A stretch of DNA of 52,245 nt from Candidatus Amesbacteria bacterium RIFCSPLOWO2_01_FULL_49_25 (GCA_001773725.1 MEXP01000001.1:1-52245); one strand, 5' to 3'. Positions 37,004 through 46,955 are shown, counted from the stretch's first letter. Numbers and translations are program-made. Notes: a model not told the origin generated them from the letters alone.

Positions 37004-37345
37004 CTAAATCCTCACATACAACTCCCACCACTTCCTCCAGTTTGCCTGGCGCCCCTCCGAAGTTTTAGCGGAAGGGAGCTCCGCCGGTGTAGGCAGGATG
37101 ACCACCACCTCCCCAGGTTTACCCAACCCCAGCTTCTCCCTCGCCTCACGCTCCACAAATTCGTCCGTTTGCACATACTCCAGCTGTTTCTTTAACTCAG
37201 CCTGTTCAACCAGGGCCTGCGCCAGCTCAGCCTCTGTTTCACCCACCCTGTCCCCCGCCTTATAAAGCCGCCACACATTACTCCCCAACCGGACTGTCAT
37301 CACTACTCCAAGTCCTATAATAATCCAGTCCCTGATCCGCCTCAC
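37004..37345 (-). CDS. Septum formation initiator (FtsB/DivIC family)
   Basis: TM, coiled coil, EREAREKLGL.KPGE. Confidence 0.88.
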   Translation of the reverse strand: MRRIRDWIIIGLGVVMTVRLGSNVWRLYKAGDRVGETEAELAQALVEQAELKKQLEYVQTDEFVEREAREKLGLGKPGEVVVILPTPAELPSAKTSEGRQANWRKWWELYVRI

Positions 37346-37400
37346 TCTTGCATCCTAGCACACTTTAGGCTACAATTCCTAAGTTAAGGAGTATCCTGTA

Positions 37401-38276
37401 GTGAACACTATACCAGATCCCATCAGTTTCGAATCTGCCCTAGAGAAGTTTATCGCCCATCTCAAAGACCACCGCCGGTCTGCCGCCACCACCATCGCCT
37501 ACCACGGCGATCTCCGCCAGTTGCACGAGTTTCTCAAAGAGCGCCGCATCACCCAGGCCACCACGGTTCAAACCGTCCATTTGGAAGAATTTATCACCAA
37601 TCTTTCCACCAAAGGCTACACCCCAAAAAGCATCAGCCGCAAGATCAACTCCCTCAAAACATTTTTCAAATTCCTGATCGACTCCGGCCTCCACTCCCAC
37701 AACCCCAGTTCTCCCCTCACCCACCCCAAGTACGACATCAAAGCCCCCCGCATCCTCTCCGAGACCGAACACAAAAGTTTAAGGGACGCCGCCCGACTGG
37801 ACATCAGAATTTCCGCCATCATCGAGCTCCTTCTCCAAACCGGTATCAGAATCGGCGAGCTGGCCAATATCCGTATGGAAGATACCAAAAAAAACGAGGT
37901 GCACATCCGCCCCGCCGAAAGTAACCCCGAAAGAATTATCCCCCTCAACAAGACCGCCTCAACCGCCCTGCAAAACTATCTCTCCATAAGACCTCAAGTC
38001 GAAAACGACCATCTTTTCGTCACCAAAACCGGCCATCCCCTCCTTGTCAGAAACATCCGCACCGCCATCGACCGTTATTTCAAAAAAGCCGGCATCAAAG
38101 ACGCCAAAGTCAACGACCTCCGCCACACCTTTGCCGCCCATCAGCTCAAAAGCGGTGTCCACCCCGATTTCCTAACCCAGATTCTGGGCCATAAGCGCAA
38201 ATCCTCGACCGAAAAATATCTCGATTACGTCAAAATCGAAGTTACCCAATTCTCCACCCGCCTCACCGAACTGTAA
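37401..38276 (+). CDS. XerC/XerD-like tyrosine recombinase
   Basis: SAM-like N-domain, TGIRIGEL, LRHTFA, LGH, T..Y. Confidence 0.93.
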   Translation: MNTIPDPISFESALEKFIAHLKDHRRSAATTIAYHGDLRQLHEFLKERRITQATTVQTVHLEEFITNLSTKGYTPKSISRKINSLKTFFKFLIDSGLHSHNPSSPLTHPKYDIKAPRILSETEHKSLRDAARLDIRISAIIELLLQTGIRIGELANIRMEDTKKNEVHIRPAESNPERIIPLNKTASTALQNYLSIRPQVENDHLFVTKTGHPLLVRNIRTAIDRYFKKAGIKDAKVNDLRHTFAAHQLKSGVHPDFLTQILGHKRKSSTEKYLDYVKIEVTQFSTRLTEL

Positions 38277-38282
38277 TAAATT

Positions 38283-38528
38283 ATGAAGCAACCAGACAAA
38301 ATCGAGCATAGCATGAATAACATTCTAAATATCTGGCTAGGTTTCAGGGCAATAGATCCCCTTCTAGCCAAACCCATGACTCTCCAAATTGCCGCCAGAC
38401 ACCTGCAAATCCACGGACCTGATTTTCTTCAAACCCTTAAAAATGAACCCCGGCTTGCACTGACCGAAGAAGACCTGAAAATCCTAGCCCAAGGCCTCCA
38501 GCCGGATCAGCCAGATCAACCACAATAA
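38283..38528 (+). CDS. Hypothetical protein
   Basis: Tightly packed between xer and the YbaK-like gene. Confidence 0.5.
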   Translation: MKQPDKIEHSMNNILNIWLGFRAIDPLLAKPMTLQIAARHLQIHGPDFLQTLKNEPRLALTEEDLKILAQGLQPDQPDQPQ

Positions 38529-39023
38529 ATGCCAGAAATCTTCACCCTCCTCAACTCCCTCGGCATTTCCTACACCCTCCACAAACATCCTCCCGTCTTC
38601 ACCTGCAGCGAGGCCGATAAATACTGGGCAAATACCACAGCGGCCCACACCAAAAACCTCTTCTTAAAAACTGAGAAATCTCCCCACAAATACTTCCTCT
38701 ATATTTTAGAATGCTCCCAGCGGGCAGATCTCAAATCCCTCGCCAAATCTCTCAATTTACCATCTCGCCTCACTTTTGCCAACAACACCGAGCTTAAAAA
38801 TAATTTAGGCCTCACTCCCGGCTCCGTCTCCCCCTTCGGCCTCATCAACGATCAAAATCATTTAGTCACCGTAGCTATCAGCTCACAGCTCCAAACCAAA
38901 AGCTATCTACTGTTCCACCCCAACACCAACACCGCAACTTTAGAAATCAGTTGGGAAAACTTCAAAAAATTTCTCTCCCACACCGGCCACAACTACAAAC
39001 TAATCACCACGAGTAAACCATAA
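38529..39023 (+). CDS. YbaK/ProX-family aminoacyl-tRNA deacylase
   Basis: HPPVFT, KNLFL, GSVSPFGL.ND, FHPN.NT. Confidence 0.92.
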   Translation: MPEIFTLLNSLGISYTLHKHPPVFTCSEADKYWANTTAAHTKNLFLKTEKSPHKYFLYILECSQRADLKSLAKSLNLPSRLTFANNTELKNNLGLTPGSVSPFGLINDQNHLVTVAISSQLQTKSYLLFHPNTNTATLEISWENFKKFLSHTGHNYKLITTSKP

Positions 39024-39264
39024 ATCCCCCACACATCGCCTCCTGGATTTTCAAAACCCTATCTTTGCTGGGAGCCATCAAAAACGGCAGGCATAAAACT
39101 ATCTCCCGACCCAATATCCCAGGTTGTATTTTTACCGCCCGCCGACCAGCCGCTTCTTCCAGAAACTCCTCTTTAAGCTCAGGGTGCAACCCGTCGTTAG
39201 TTTCGGAATATCTGCAAGACCCACTTTGATTACAAAAGTAACATGTCCGGAAAACCTCGGCCAT
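39004..39264 (-). CDS. Hypothetical Cys-containing protein
   Basis: CxxC near the N-terminus; directly downstream of a tRNA. Confidence 0.45.
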   Translation of the reverse strand: MAEVFRTCYFCNQSGSCRYSETNDGLHPELKEEFLEEAAGRRAVKIQPGILGREIVLCLPFLMAPSKDRVLKIQEAMCGGFMVYSW

Positions 39265-39271
39265 AGGTGGG

Positions 39272-39343
39272 TGGGCCCGGGAGGATTCGAACCTCCAACA
39301 TAATGTGTATAAGACATTCGCTCTACCGTTGAGCTACAGGCCC
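39272..39343 (-). tRNA. tRNA-Ile(TAT)
   Basis: GGGCCTG/CGGGCCC-A, AATGT-CTTATAC-ACATT, GGAGG-TTCGAAT-CCTCC. Confidence 0.9.
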
Positions 39344-39391
39344 AGCAGTCCAATTTTAACTTACACTCCTCTACTCTTCCACTCTCCTGCT

Positions 39392-41737
39392 CTAAAGTTT
39401 GCTCCTCGTCGCGATTTCACTCTCCACCAGCCGTATGTCCTTCCCGTATTTCAGTCGCGACAGCTGTTTTATAGCATCAGCCAGTTTTTGATTCCGCAAG
39501 GTTCTCTCCGTCACCACGTCCTTAGTCACGTCCATTGTAAATGGCGTCACTGGCTCGTTCCTTACGATAGTTTTAACAAACACATTAAACCTCTCGATGT
39601 TCAAAAGGTCCGACTCATTAAAAGTCGGCGTGTACTCATGCTGCAGGTAACTGGCATCTGCCACCCCCGTCCGGAAAGAAATCAAAGTACCCACGTTGCC
39701 AAACACCGCGTTTTTTACCTCGTCCTCCATTTGCGACGTAAATTGGTTGGCCACGGTCAGATTCAATTTATACTTACGTGCCTCAGACAAAATCGTGGCA
39801 AAATCCGGTGTGGCAAAGTTTTGAAACTCATCCACATACAGATAAAACGGCCGTCGCTCCTTCTCGGGTATATCCGCCCGGCTCATGGCCGCCGCCAGAA
39901 GCCGCGGCACCATCACCAGTCCCAGGAAATTAGAGTTCTCCTCCCCCAGCTTTCCTTTGGACAAATTCACAATCAAAATCTTCCCCTCGTCCATTACTTT
40001 TCTAAAATCAAACGCCGATTGCGACTGCCCGATAATATTCCTGATAGTTTTGTTGGTAATAAACCGCCCGAATTTAGACACGATGTAATCCAGCACTTCG
40101 GACTTGTGAAACTCGCTCGTCTGGGCAATCTGATCCGTCCAGTACCGCCGCACCAGCGGGTCCTTCACCCGCGGCAGCAGTTCCTGCACAAATTCCGGCC
40201 TCTGTAGTGTCTGTACCACCTCGATAAAAGTTCCCCCGGGCACCGCGTCCATCACCGTCAGCATGGCATTTCGAATCGCATGTTCAAATCTCGGCCCGAT
40301 AATCCCGGTCTTATGCGGATCATACAGCTTATACATCATCCCGATCACCGCATTAGTCGCCATATGCCTCTCCTGGTCAGACCGGGCTTCGATCAAATTC
40401 ATCCCCATCGGCCGCTCTTCGTCAGAAGGCTCAAAAAAGATCACATCCTCCGCCCGGCTGGGAGGAATATAACCCAGCAAATCTTCAGCCAAATCGTGCG
40501 GATCGATCACGCACACCCCTCTCCCCGCCTGGATATCTTGAAGAATCATGGTTTTCAAAAATTCCGTTTTTCCCGTTCCCGTCCGCCCGATGATATACAT
40601 ATGCCGCTCCCTATCAGACTCACCGATATACACCGGCCGGGTAGTTCCTCTAAACACCGACTTTCCCAAGTAAAGTCCTTCTGTAGCAATTTGCTGGGGC
40701 GCCGGCGCCCGCTTGGCATTCAACCAGAATATATGCGGCGTCTCCACCGTCTTGTTGGGAAAATGATAAATAGTCGCCAGCTCCTCACTGTTCAAAATCG
40801 TCCAGTTTCCCCACCACACTGCCGGCTGGTACCGGTAAATAAAGTCCATCATAAAATGTCCCCTCAATCGAATCTTTTTACCCTTAAGCCCGTTCAAATC
40901 ACCATTAAACTGTTCAAATGTCGCCCGAATATTGGCCATATGCGCCTTGGCCGAAGCACCATCGCCGGAACACACCACAATCCGAATTGTGGTCATAAAC
41001 CCGTTTTTAGACACTTTGTTGTCCACCGCCTCCAAAGTCTTCGCGTCCACTTTGTAGCTCGCTTTCTCCGGGTCCGCCTCAGATTTTTTAGTTTTGCCTA
41101 TCCACATTCTGCCCTTCTTTTTCCAAGCAGCCTCTGCTGGGGAAATCAATATCTGCAAATGCACTCCTTCCCCGTCTCCCATCTTGCCCATCGCCGAGGT
41201 CACCGCCGCCAGCGGGTCTACCGCCAGGTTTTTATACACCTGCAACGGATAGTGTGCCGAGTTGCGCAAAGCCAGCCACGAGAACTCCACTCTGCCTTCT
41301 TTGGTAAAAATGTTTGGCTCCTCCACCACCCTAATTTCCGCCCCCGGATAGCTTCCGTGAATTTGCTTCTCCACCAAATCTCGCAGTTTCTCAGGCAGAA
41401 CAATGCAAAACCGGATATCCTCCTTCCGACCCACTATCTCCAAAGATATATGCGGCTGGACCTGCAAAAAAGTCAGCCACCCGAAAGGTCCTTTTGGTCC
41501 CTTCTTAATCGAATACAAGCTGGCGATCACCTGTTCCATCGCGTCTATCTTTATCTCGTTGTCCCGCGGCACTGCAATCTGCAGGCACACCGTCTGCAGG
41601 CTCTGCTCTTCCCGATCTTTATGCCGGTACCAAATCACCAGCAAATACCCGGTCAAAACCATCACAAACACCAGTATCCCTAGTACCACCATCAAGCCAA
41701 CCAGCTGCAGCAATAAAACCATCAGTCCGGATTCCAT
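39392..41737 (-). CDS. VirD4/TraD-like (HerA-FtsK superfamily) membrane ATPase
   Basis: HMYIIGRTGTGKT, IDPH, LYVDEFQNF, SEARKY. Confidence 0.9.
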   Translation of the reverse strand: MESGLMVLLLQLVGLMVVLGILVFVMVLTGYLLVIWYRHKDREEQSLQTVCLQIAVPRDNEIKIDAMEQVIASLYSIKKGPKGPFGWLTFLQVQPHISLEIVGRKEDIRFCIVLPEKLRDLVEKQIHGSYPGAEIRVVEEPNIFTKEGRVEFSWLALRNSAHYPLQVYKNLAVDPLAAVTSAMGKMGDGEGVHLQILISPAEAAWKKKGRMWIGKTKKSEADPEKASYKVDAKTLEAVDNKVSKNGFMTTIRIVVCSGDGASAKAHMANIRATFEQFNGDLNGLKGKKIRLRGHFMMDFIYRYQPAVWWGNWTILNSEELATIYHFPNKTVETPHIFWLNAKRAPAPQQIATEGLYLGKSVFRGTTRPVYIGESDRERHMYIIGRTGTGKTEFLKTMILQDIQAGRGVCVIDPHDLAEDLLGYIPPSRAEDVIFFEPSDEERPMGMNLIEARSDQERHMATNAVIGMMYKLYDPHKTGIIGPRFEHAIRNAMLTVMDAVPGGTFIEVVQTLQRPEFVQELLPRVKDPLVRRYWTDQIAQTSEFHKSEVLDYIVSKFGRFITNKTIRNIIGQSQSAFDFRKVMDEGKILIVNLSKGKLGEENSNFLGLVMVPRLLAAAMSRADIPEKERRPFYLYVDEFQNFATPDFATILSEARKYKLNLTVANQFTSQMEDEVKNAVFGNVGTLISFRTGVADASYLQHEYTPTFNESDLLNIERFNVFVKTIVRNEPVTPFTMDVTKDVVTERTLRNQKLADAIKQLSRLKYGKDIRLVESEIATRSKL

Positions 41738-41746
41738 ATTTATAAT

Positions 41747-42253
41747 TTAGCGCTTGGTACCCAACATTTCTAACTGTCGTTTGCACCACCTCGCCAGCCA
41801 GGCAATCGCCTCCCACACCTTATGGTGCAATCCTTCCTCTATTTCCTCCGTAGTCAATGGCAAAGTCACCTTAACAGTCTGCGGCGCCGCCGGTTTCAAG
41901 AGTACTTGCTGTGTGTAGTCGTCCATCACCGGCCCGGCCAGTTCCACCTCCTTCTCCACCCTTTGCATGTACCCCTCTATCTCCTTCCCCACCTCGGGGG
42001 TAGTGGGGATCTCCACCATCTCTCCCGGCTTTTGTACCTCCCGTGGCTTCAATTTTTCTTTCGCAAACATATCTAGCCTCTCCTTAAAAGACCCTCCCGC
42101 GTTATACGCCGCCTGGAAATCCCGTCTCCTTTCCTCAAATTCCTCGACCACGTTGGCCAAACTATCCTCCTGAACCGGATTTTTGGTCAGTTCATCCAAG
42201 TCAGCCGCTGCCTTTTGACCCGGCGTCTGACCTGTGACTTGTACATCATCCAT
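41747..42253 (-). CDS. Conserved hypothetical protein
   Basis: C-terminal LPLT...GLH....A..WLA.WC. Confidence 0.75.
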   Translation of the reverse strand: MDDVQVTGQTPGQKAAADLDELTKNPVQEDSLANVVEEFEERRRDFQAAYNAGGSFKERLDMFAKEKLKPREVQKPGEMVEIPTTPEVGKEIEGYMQRVEKEVELAGPVMDDYTQQVLLKPAAPQTVKVTLPLTTEEIEEGLHHKVWEAIAWLARWCKRQLEMLGTKR

Positions 42254-42276
42254 ATCTCCATCTTACCAGACCTCTC

Positions 42277-42780
42277 CTACCCCCTCCATACCTCCTCTTC
42301 CCCGTCTTTTTTAAAGTTAACCCACCTGGCCATCACAAACAGTGCGTCTGACAACCGATTCATATACTTCAAAATATTTTGGTTAACCATATTACCATTT
42401 GTTACAGAAAGATTCACGATTTCACGCTCTGCCCTTCGGCAGACGGCCCTCACCACCTGCAGCTCCCCCACCGGGTAAATAAAATTCGAGAGCTTCGGCA
42501 GTTCACCGCTCAACTTATCAATAAGTTTTTCCAATCGCCTAATTTCTGAATAACTTAATTTCTTCCCCGACCCCGCCAACCCCGACGCAATGACAAACAA
42601 ATCTGTCTGAATTCTCTTCAATTCAGCTTCTAGTGGAGTTTTATATCGGCACATTCCCACCCAACTATTCAGCTCGTCAATACTCCCTATGGCCTTCGCC
42701 AACTGATCCGACTTTTGCATCCTCCCCCTCATCGTCCCCGTCATCCCCCCATCCCCAGTTTTTGTATATATTTTCATCAT
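42277..42780 (-). CDS. pduO: ATP:cob(I)alamin adenosyltransferase (PduO type)
   Basis: KIYTKTGD.G.T, G.IDELNS, R.VCRRAER, NRLSD.LF. Confidence 0.93.
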   Translation of the reverse strand: MMKIYTKTGDGGMTGTMRGRMQKSDQLAKAIGSIDELNSWVGMCRYKTPLEAELKRIQTDLFVIASGLAGSGKKLSYSEIRRLEKLIDKLSGELPKLSNFIYPVGELQVVRAVCRRAEREIVNLSVTNGNMVNQNILKYMNRLSDALFVMARWVNFKKDGEEEVWRG

Positions 42781-42841
42781 TAGTTTTTATACAGCAACCC
42801 AAACTTCACTATCTTCACAAACAGCAATCTTAATAGTCCCA

Positions 42842-43282
42842 TTATCCTCTACTATCACTCGCCCGCTCTAACTTCCCCAAAATCTCTTTTAAATAAACAT
42901 CCGCATCCTTCAATATTTTTAGCTCCTTCGGGCTAAACCATCCAAACCCCTCGTTTTCTTCTTTGTCCAACTTTACTTTCCCCCTCGCCCTGGCAACATA
43001 AGTCAGCCTCACCACATGCTTACCAGCAACCCGTAAAATATCCTGTGCCGCAACTAATCTTGGTTCCCCATTTATCTCTAACCCCGTCTCCTCCTTTACT
43101 TCTCTCCGCAAATTACTAATCAAAGACTCTCCCACAATTATTCTTCCCCCCACAATATCCCAGCTTCCCGATACATCTGGATATTTCTTCCTAGATCTTT
43201 TTACCAATAAATATTTCCCATCACTTCTCTTCAACAACACCTTCACCCCTACCTGCAACTCCATCCCCAGATTGTACATCAA
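42842..43282 (-). CDS. NUDIX hydrolase
   Basis: GG....GES....L.REVKEETGL. Confidence 0.92.
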   Translation of the reverse strand: MMYNLGMELQVGVKVLLKRSDGKYLLVKRSRKKYPDVSGSWDIVGGRIIVGESLISNLRREVKEETGLEINGEPRLVAAQDILRVAGKHVVRLTYVARARGKVKLDKEENEGFGWFSPKELKILKDADVYLKEILGKLERASDSRG

Positions 43283-43297
43283 AAACCACCCCCAAGG

Positions 43298-43849
43298 TTA
43301 TCTCTTTACCTGTCTCCCAAAAGTTAGCACAGAAAACTGGCTCAAATCTATACCTTTCAGTGAATAGACATCGTTAACCGAGCCAATCAATTTCTTTTTG
43401 GGATCTAAACTCAACCATTCAATCGCGCTCTCCAAATCCCCATGACTCGATGCTTCAATTTCCAAATACGATCCGATCAGTGGATATGTATCAATATCAA
43501 ATTCCACTCCGTTTAACTTGTATCTTTCTCTCTTGTTCTCCATATAGTAACTTTGTACAAATCCCAACTTTCCAAATAGTTCAGCTGCCCCGTCAAAATC
43601 ACTTACTTCCACCTCCACCTCCTCTATCTTTTTACCCGGCTCCAATTTTTTATAAGCCATCGTTACTCTATCTCCTTCATCTCGCAACCTGATCCATTGA
43701 TTGCTCTTATCAAATCTCAAATCCGGATAGTCAAAAAACATTTTCCTATACAAAATATCAAGCACTCTCTTACCACCCAGTCTGGTCAATTTCCTCCTGA
43801 CCTCATCTGGATCAATATCCACAAACTTGACCTCAATTTCTTCAGCCAT
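43298..43849 (-). CDS. CYTH-domain protein (CyaB-like)
   Basis: EIEVK, IRLR, YLEIE. Confidence 0.9.
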   Translation of the reverse strand: MAEEIEVKFVDIDPDEVRRKLTRLGGKRVLDILYRKMFFDYPDLRFDKSNQWIRLRDEGDRVTMAYKKLEPGKKIEEVEVEVSDFDGAAELFGKLGFVQSYYMENKRERYKLNGVEFDIDTYPLIGSYLEIEASSHGDLESAIEWLSLDPKKKLIGSVNDVYSLKGIDLSQFSVLTFGRQVKR

Positions 43850-43853
43850 CCTA

Positions 43854-44123
43854 TCATTTTACATAACTAAACCTCTTCACCCTCTTCCCCTCCACTTCCA
43901 CTTTAGCCATAAAATCTTTCAAAGTCCTCACCCACAAAATTCCCTTCCCATAAAGAGCTCTGTATCCCACACAAACTTCTTCAAAATTTTCCAAAACCCC
44001 CACAAACTCCACCACATAATATTTATCGGGGTGTTTGTAGTGGACATACAACTCTCCCACTTTCACTTTCCCCAAAGCGTTGCTGACTTCTTTTTGTAAC
44101 TCTTCTTGAGTCTTATGTTTCAT
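43854..44123 (-). CDS. DUF1653 protein
   Basis: Y.HYK...Y.V, V.YRALYG...WVR....F. Confidence 0.85.
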   Translation of the reverse strand: MKHKTQEELQKEVSNALGKVKVGELYVHYKHPDKYYVVEFVGVLENFEEVCVGYRALYGKGILWVRTLKDFMAKVEVEGKRVKRFSYVK

Positions 44124-44125
44124 GT

Positions 44126-46498
44126 TCAACACTCCGAGTATCCACACGAGTAACACTTCTTGCATCCCTCTTCAAAGGTCAACGTTCCTTCCCCACAGCT
44201 AGGGCAAATATCAGCCTTCTTTGCCAAAAAAAGCGGGGCCTGCCCATATCCATTCCCTCCCACTTTAACGGGAAGCGGCATCGCCATCTGCACCACCGAC
44301 CCATTTTCGTCCTTTCCCTCTACTTGGTAACTCACCATCCCCATATGTAGCATCAGCGCTTTCGCCACCGCATCCGGCAAACTCCTGATTTTATTTGGCC
44401 CAAATCCCACCGATCTCCCCCCGCCTATCCCCGACAACTGATCAATCAACATCTCCACTCTTTCTTTTCCGCCGACCCGTCCATCCAACTTCAGAAATTT
44501 AGACACGAGCCGTCCCAGTGCCTCCGCCATTCCCGTCAATTCCGAGCCGGCTTTGCCAATCACCACGAACACCTCAAACGGATTACCATCGGAATCGTGA
44601 TTCACGGTAATAAAGGCACTCCCCATCGGCGTCTCTATTCTATAAGTCGCTCCATTTACTCGCATCGGTCGGCGTCTCACTGTCTGCTCTGCCGCCTCAT
44701 CCGCCATCGGCTTGACCTCAGAAACTCGCCCGCTTTTGTCCGGCTTATATCCACACGTTACACATACCTGCTCTCCGTCCTTCATAAATAAGATTGCGTT
44801 ACAATTCGGGCATTTTTCCCTCGACACATCTTTGGCATCCATAACCTGTACCTGACGGCTACCATCCCGGTACACTGTAATACTCTTACACCCCGTCTCA
44901 TAAGCCATCCAGTAAGCTTTATCCACATCTTCCACCGTCGCGCTATTTGCCAAATTAACCGTCTTGGACACCGCATTATCAGTGTATTTTTGGAAAGCCG
45001 CTTGGTGTTTGACATGCCACTCCCAATCAATCTCCATCGCCGTTTTAAATAGCCGCTTCACGTCACTTGGCACGTCCAAATTTTGCACCGATCCTTCCTT
45101 CGCAATCCTCTCTACCATCTCCTCACTGTAAAAACCTCGTTTCTTGGCTATATCCTCGAATATCCAATGCAACCCCCGGAAAGACCCTACATACGTATTC
45201 TTCATCGTCACAATACCAAACACCGGCTCAATCCCCGACGAGCAACCGGCCAGCAAGCTAATAGATCCGGTAGGTGCAATCGACGTCAAGGTTGTATTTT
45301 TCCGCTTACCACCCCCCAACCGGCGCGACTCATCATTCGCGGCATCATTAATAAACTTCATCACTTTCTCTCCCAACTCAACGGCATCGCCTGAGTCATA
45401 AGGAATATTCAATAAAATTAGCATATCCGCCCATCCCATCACTCCCAGGCCAATGTTTTTAAACTTGCGGGTCCGCTCCTGGATTTTAGCCACAGGCCAA
45501 AACGCCGCGCTCACCGACCCGTCCAAAAACCGCACTCCCGTCCGGGTAACCTCCTCCAACCCTTTCCAGTCCACCTGACCATCCATCGCAAACCTGGATA
45601 AATCTATCGAGCCCAAGTTACAAGATACATATGGCGGCAGCATCTGTTCACCGCACGGATTACACGCCTCGATGGGCTCAGGGTAGCAATTGTTGCGATT
45701 CACGGTATCAATAAATATCACTCCTGGGTCGCCATTATGCCAAGCGTGCTGCACAATATACTCCCACAAATCCCGAGCCTTGATCGTCTTGTACACCTTC
45801 CCTTTAAACTGCAGATCCCAATCCCGGTTGTTTTTAACCGCTTCCATAAACCGATCCGTAACTGCCACTGAAATATTAAAAGTCCAGTAAGCCCCCTCTT
45901 TATCCTTACACTGAATAAACTCCATGATATTGGGATGATCACAGTTCAAAATGCCCATTTGGGCCGCATGCTTCTTCCCCGCTCTGTGTACTACCTCCAT
46001 CGCATTGTGATACAACCCCATAAACGATACCGGACCACTCGCCTCCCCCCCACTGGTGCTAATAACTTCTCCTTTCGGCCGAAGATGACTAAAGTTATAA
46101 CCCGTCCCTCCGCCATACTTCTGCACTTGGCAAGCGTCAGTCAAAGTTCCCATTATTCCCATCAGACTATCGTCCACCGGAAACACAAAGCAACTGGATG
46201 CAAACGGATAGGGAGTCCCCATATAAGCCATTCGGGATGGGAAAAACTTTCCCGAATAAACAGCTTCAAAAAATTCCCGCGTCCTGCCAGTCTTCCTCCC
46301 CGCGTGCCTGGCCACCCGCATCACCACATCATCCCACGTCTTCTCGTTATTCTGCAGATATCGCTTTGCCAGCAAATTCCGGCTAATCTCCGGACGAGCA
46401 ACATTCACAGTTTTCAAACGCCCATTTGTCACATGTCCATTACCTTTCTTTGGACTTCCCCTGGCTCTGGTTACTGTTTTTAATTGTAATTCAGGCAT
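44126..46498 (-). CDS. nrdJ: Class II (B12-dependent) ribonucleotide reductase with C-terminal TSCPD/Zn-ribbon domains
   Basis: SSCFV, GGGTG, NPCGE, SIAPTG, SKTVN, YRDGSR. Confidence 0.94.
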   Translation of the reverse strand: MPELQLKTVTRARGSPKKGNGHVTNGRLKTVNVARPEISRNLLAKRYLQNNEKTWDDVVMRVARHAGRKTGRTREFFEAVYSGKFFPSRMAYMGTPYPFASSCFVFPVDDSLMGIMGTLTDACQVQKYGGGTGYNFSHLRPKGEVISTSGGEASGPVSFMGLYHNAMEVVHRAGKKHAAQMGILNCDHPNIMEFIQCKDKEGAYWTFNISVAVTDRFMEAVKNNRDWDLQFKGKVYKTIKARDLWEYIVQHAWHNGDPGVIFIDTVNRNNCYPEPIEACNPCGEQMLPPYVSCNLGSIDLSRFAMDGQVDWKGLEEVTRTGVRFLDGSVSAAFWPVAKIQERTRKFKNIGLGVMGWADMLILLNIPYDSGDAVELGEKVMKFINDAANDESRRLGGGKRKNTTLTSIAPTGSISLLAGCSSGIEPVFGIVTMKNTYVGSFRGLHWIFEDIAKKRGFYSEEMVERIAKEGSVQNLDVPSDVKRLFKTAMEIDWEWHVKHQAAFQKYTDNAVSKTVNLANSATVEDVDKAYWMAYETGCKSITVYRDGSRQVQVMDAKDVSREKCPNCNAILFMKDGEQVCVTCGYKPDKSGRVSEVKPMADEAAEQTVRRRPMRVNGATYRIETPMGSAFITVNHDSDGNPFEVFVVIGKAGSELTGMAEALGRLVSKFLKLDGRVGGKERVEMLIDQLSGIGGGRSVGFGPNKIRSLPDAVAKALMLHMGMVSYQVEGKDENGSVVQMAMPLPVKVGGNGYGQAPLFLAKKADICPSCGEGTLTFEEGCKKCYSCGYSEC

Positions 46499-46944
46499 TA
46501 TGAAATTTTCTCAAATAACTTTTCAAACTCAGTTAAATCGGTCAGTTCAAAGTACACACTGGCAAATCTGATCCAGGCAACTTTGTCTATATTTTTCAAT
46601 CTTTTAAGGACCATCTTGCCAATTGCTTTGGATGATATCTCCGTGGCCTCCTTGCGCCGCACTTCCCGTTCGACCTCGTCCGCCAATTGGCGGATTTGGT
46701 CCACAGACACCGGCCGTTTGTCAAAAGATTTGATCACTCCTCTTACAATCTTTTCTCGATCAAATGCCTCCCGGCCTCCGTCGCGCTTGATGACAAAAAC
46801 AGTCGGTCCCTCCACCCGTTCCCATGTGGTAAACCGCTTCTGGCACTTTTGGCATTCCCGCCTCCGGCGTAAACTCTGTCCGTCTTCGGCCGCCCGCGAC
46901 TCCAATACCGAAGTTTCAGGATGTGCACAAAACGGACACCACAT
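46498..46944 (-). CDS. nrdR: Transcriptional repressor NrdR
   Basis: CPFC, RRRREC..C..RFTT, ATP-cone, IRFASVY. Confidence 0.96.
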   Translation of the reverse strand: MWCPFCAHPETSVLESRAAEDGQSLRRRRECQKCQKRFTTWERVEGPTVFVIKRDGGREAFDREKIVRGVIKSFDKRPVSVDQIRQLADEVEREVRRKEATEISSKAIGKMVLKRLKNIDKVAWIRFASVYFELTDLTEFEKLFEKIS

Positions 46945-46955
46945 AGATTTTCAAT

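Noticed and set aside
37401-38276. Recombinase as a prophage or integron integrase
   Set aside because: Looks like a housekeeping Xer: no phage genes nearby and no evident IntI-specific insertion. Its link to the cassettes is only a hypothesis.
39392-41737. VirD4-like ATPase as evidence of a conjugative element
   Set aside because: No relaxase or other T4SS genes nearby; such ATPases are common chromosomal genes in CPR.
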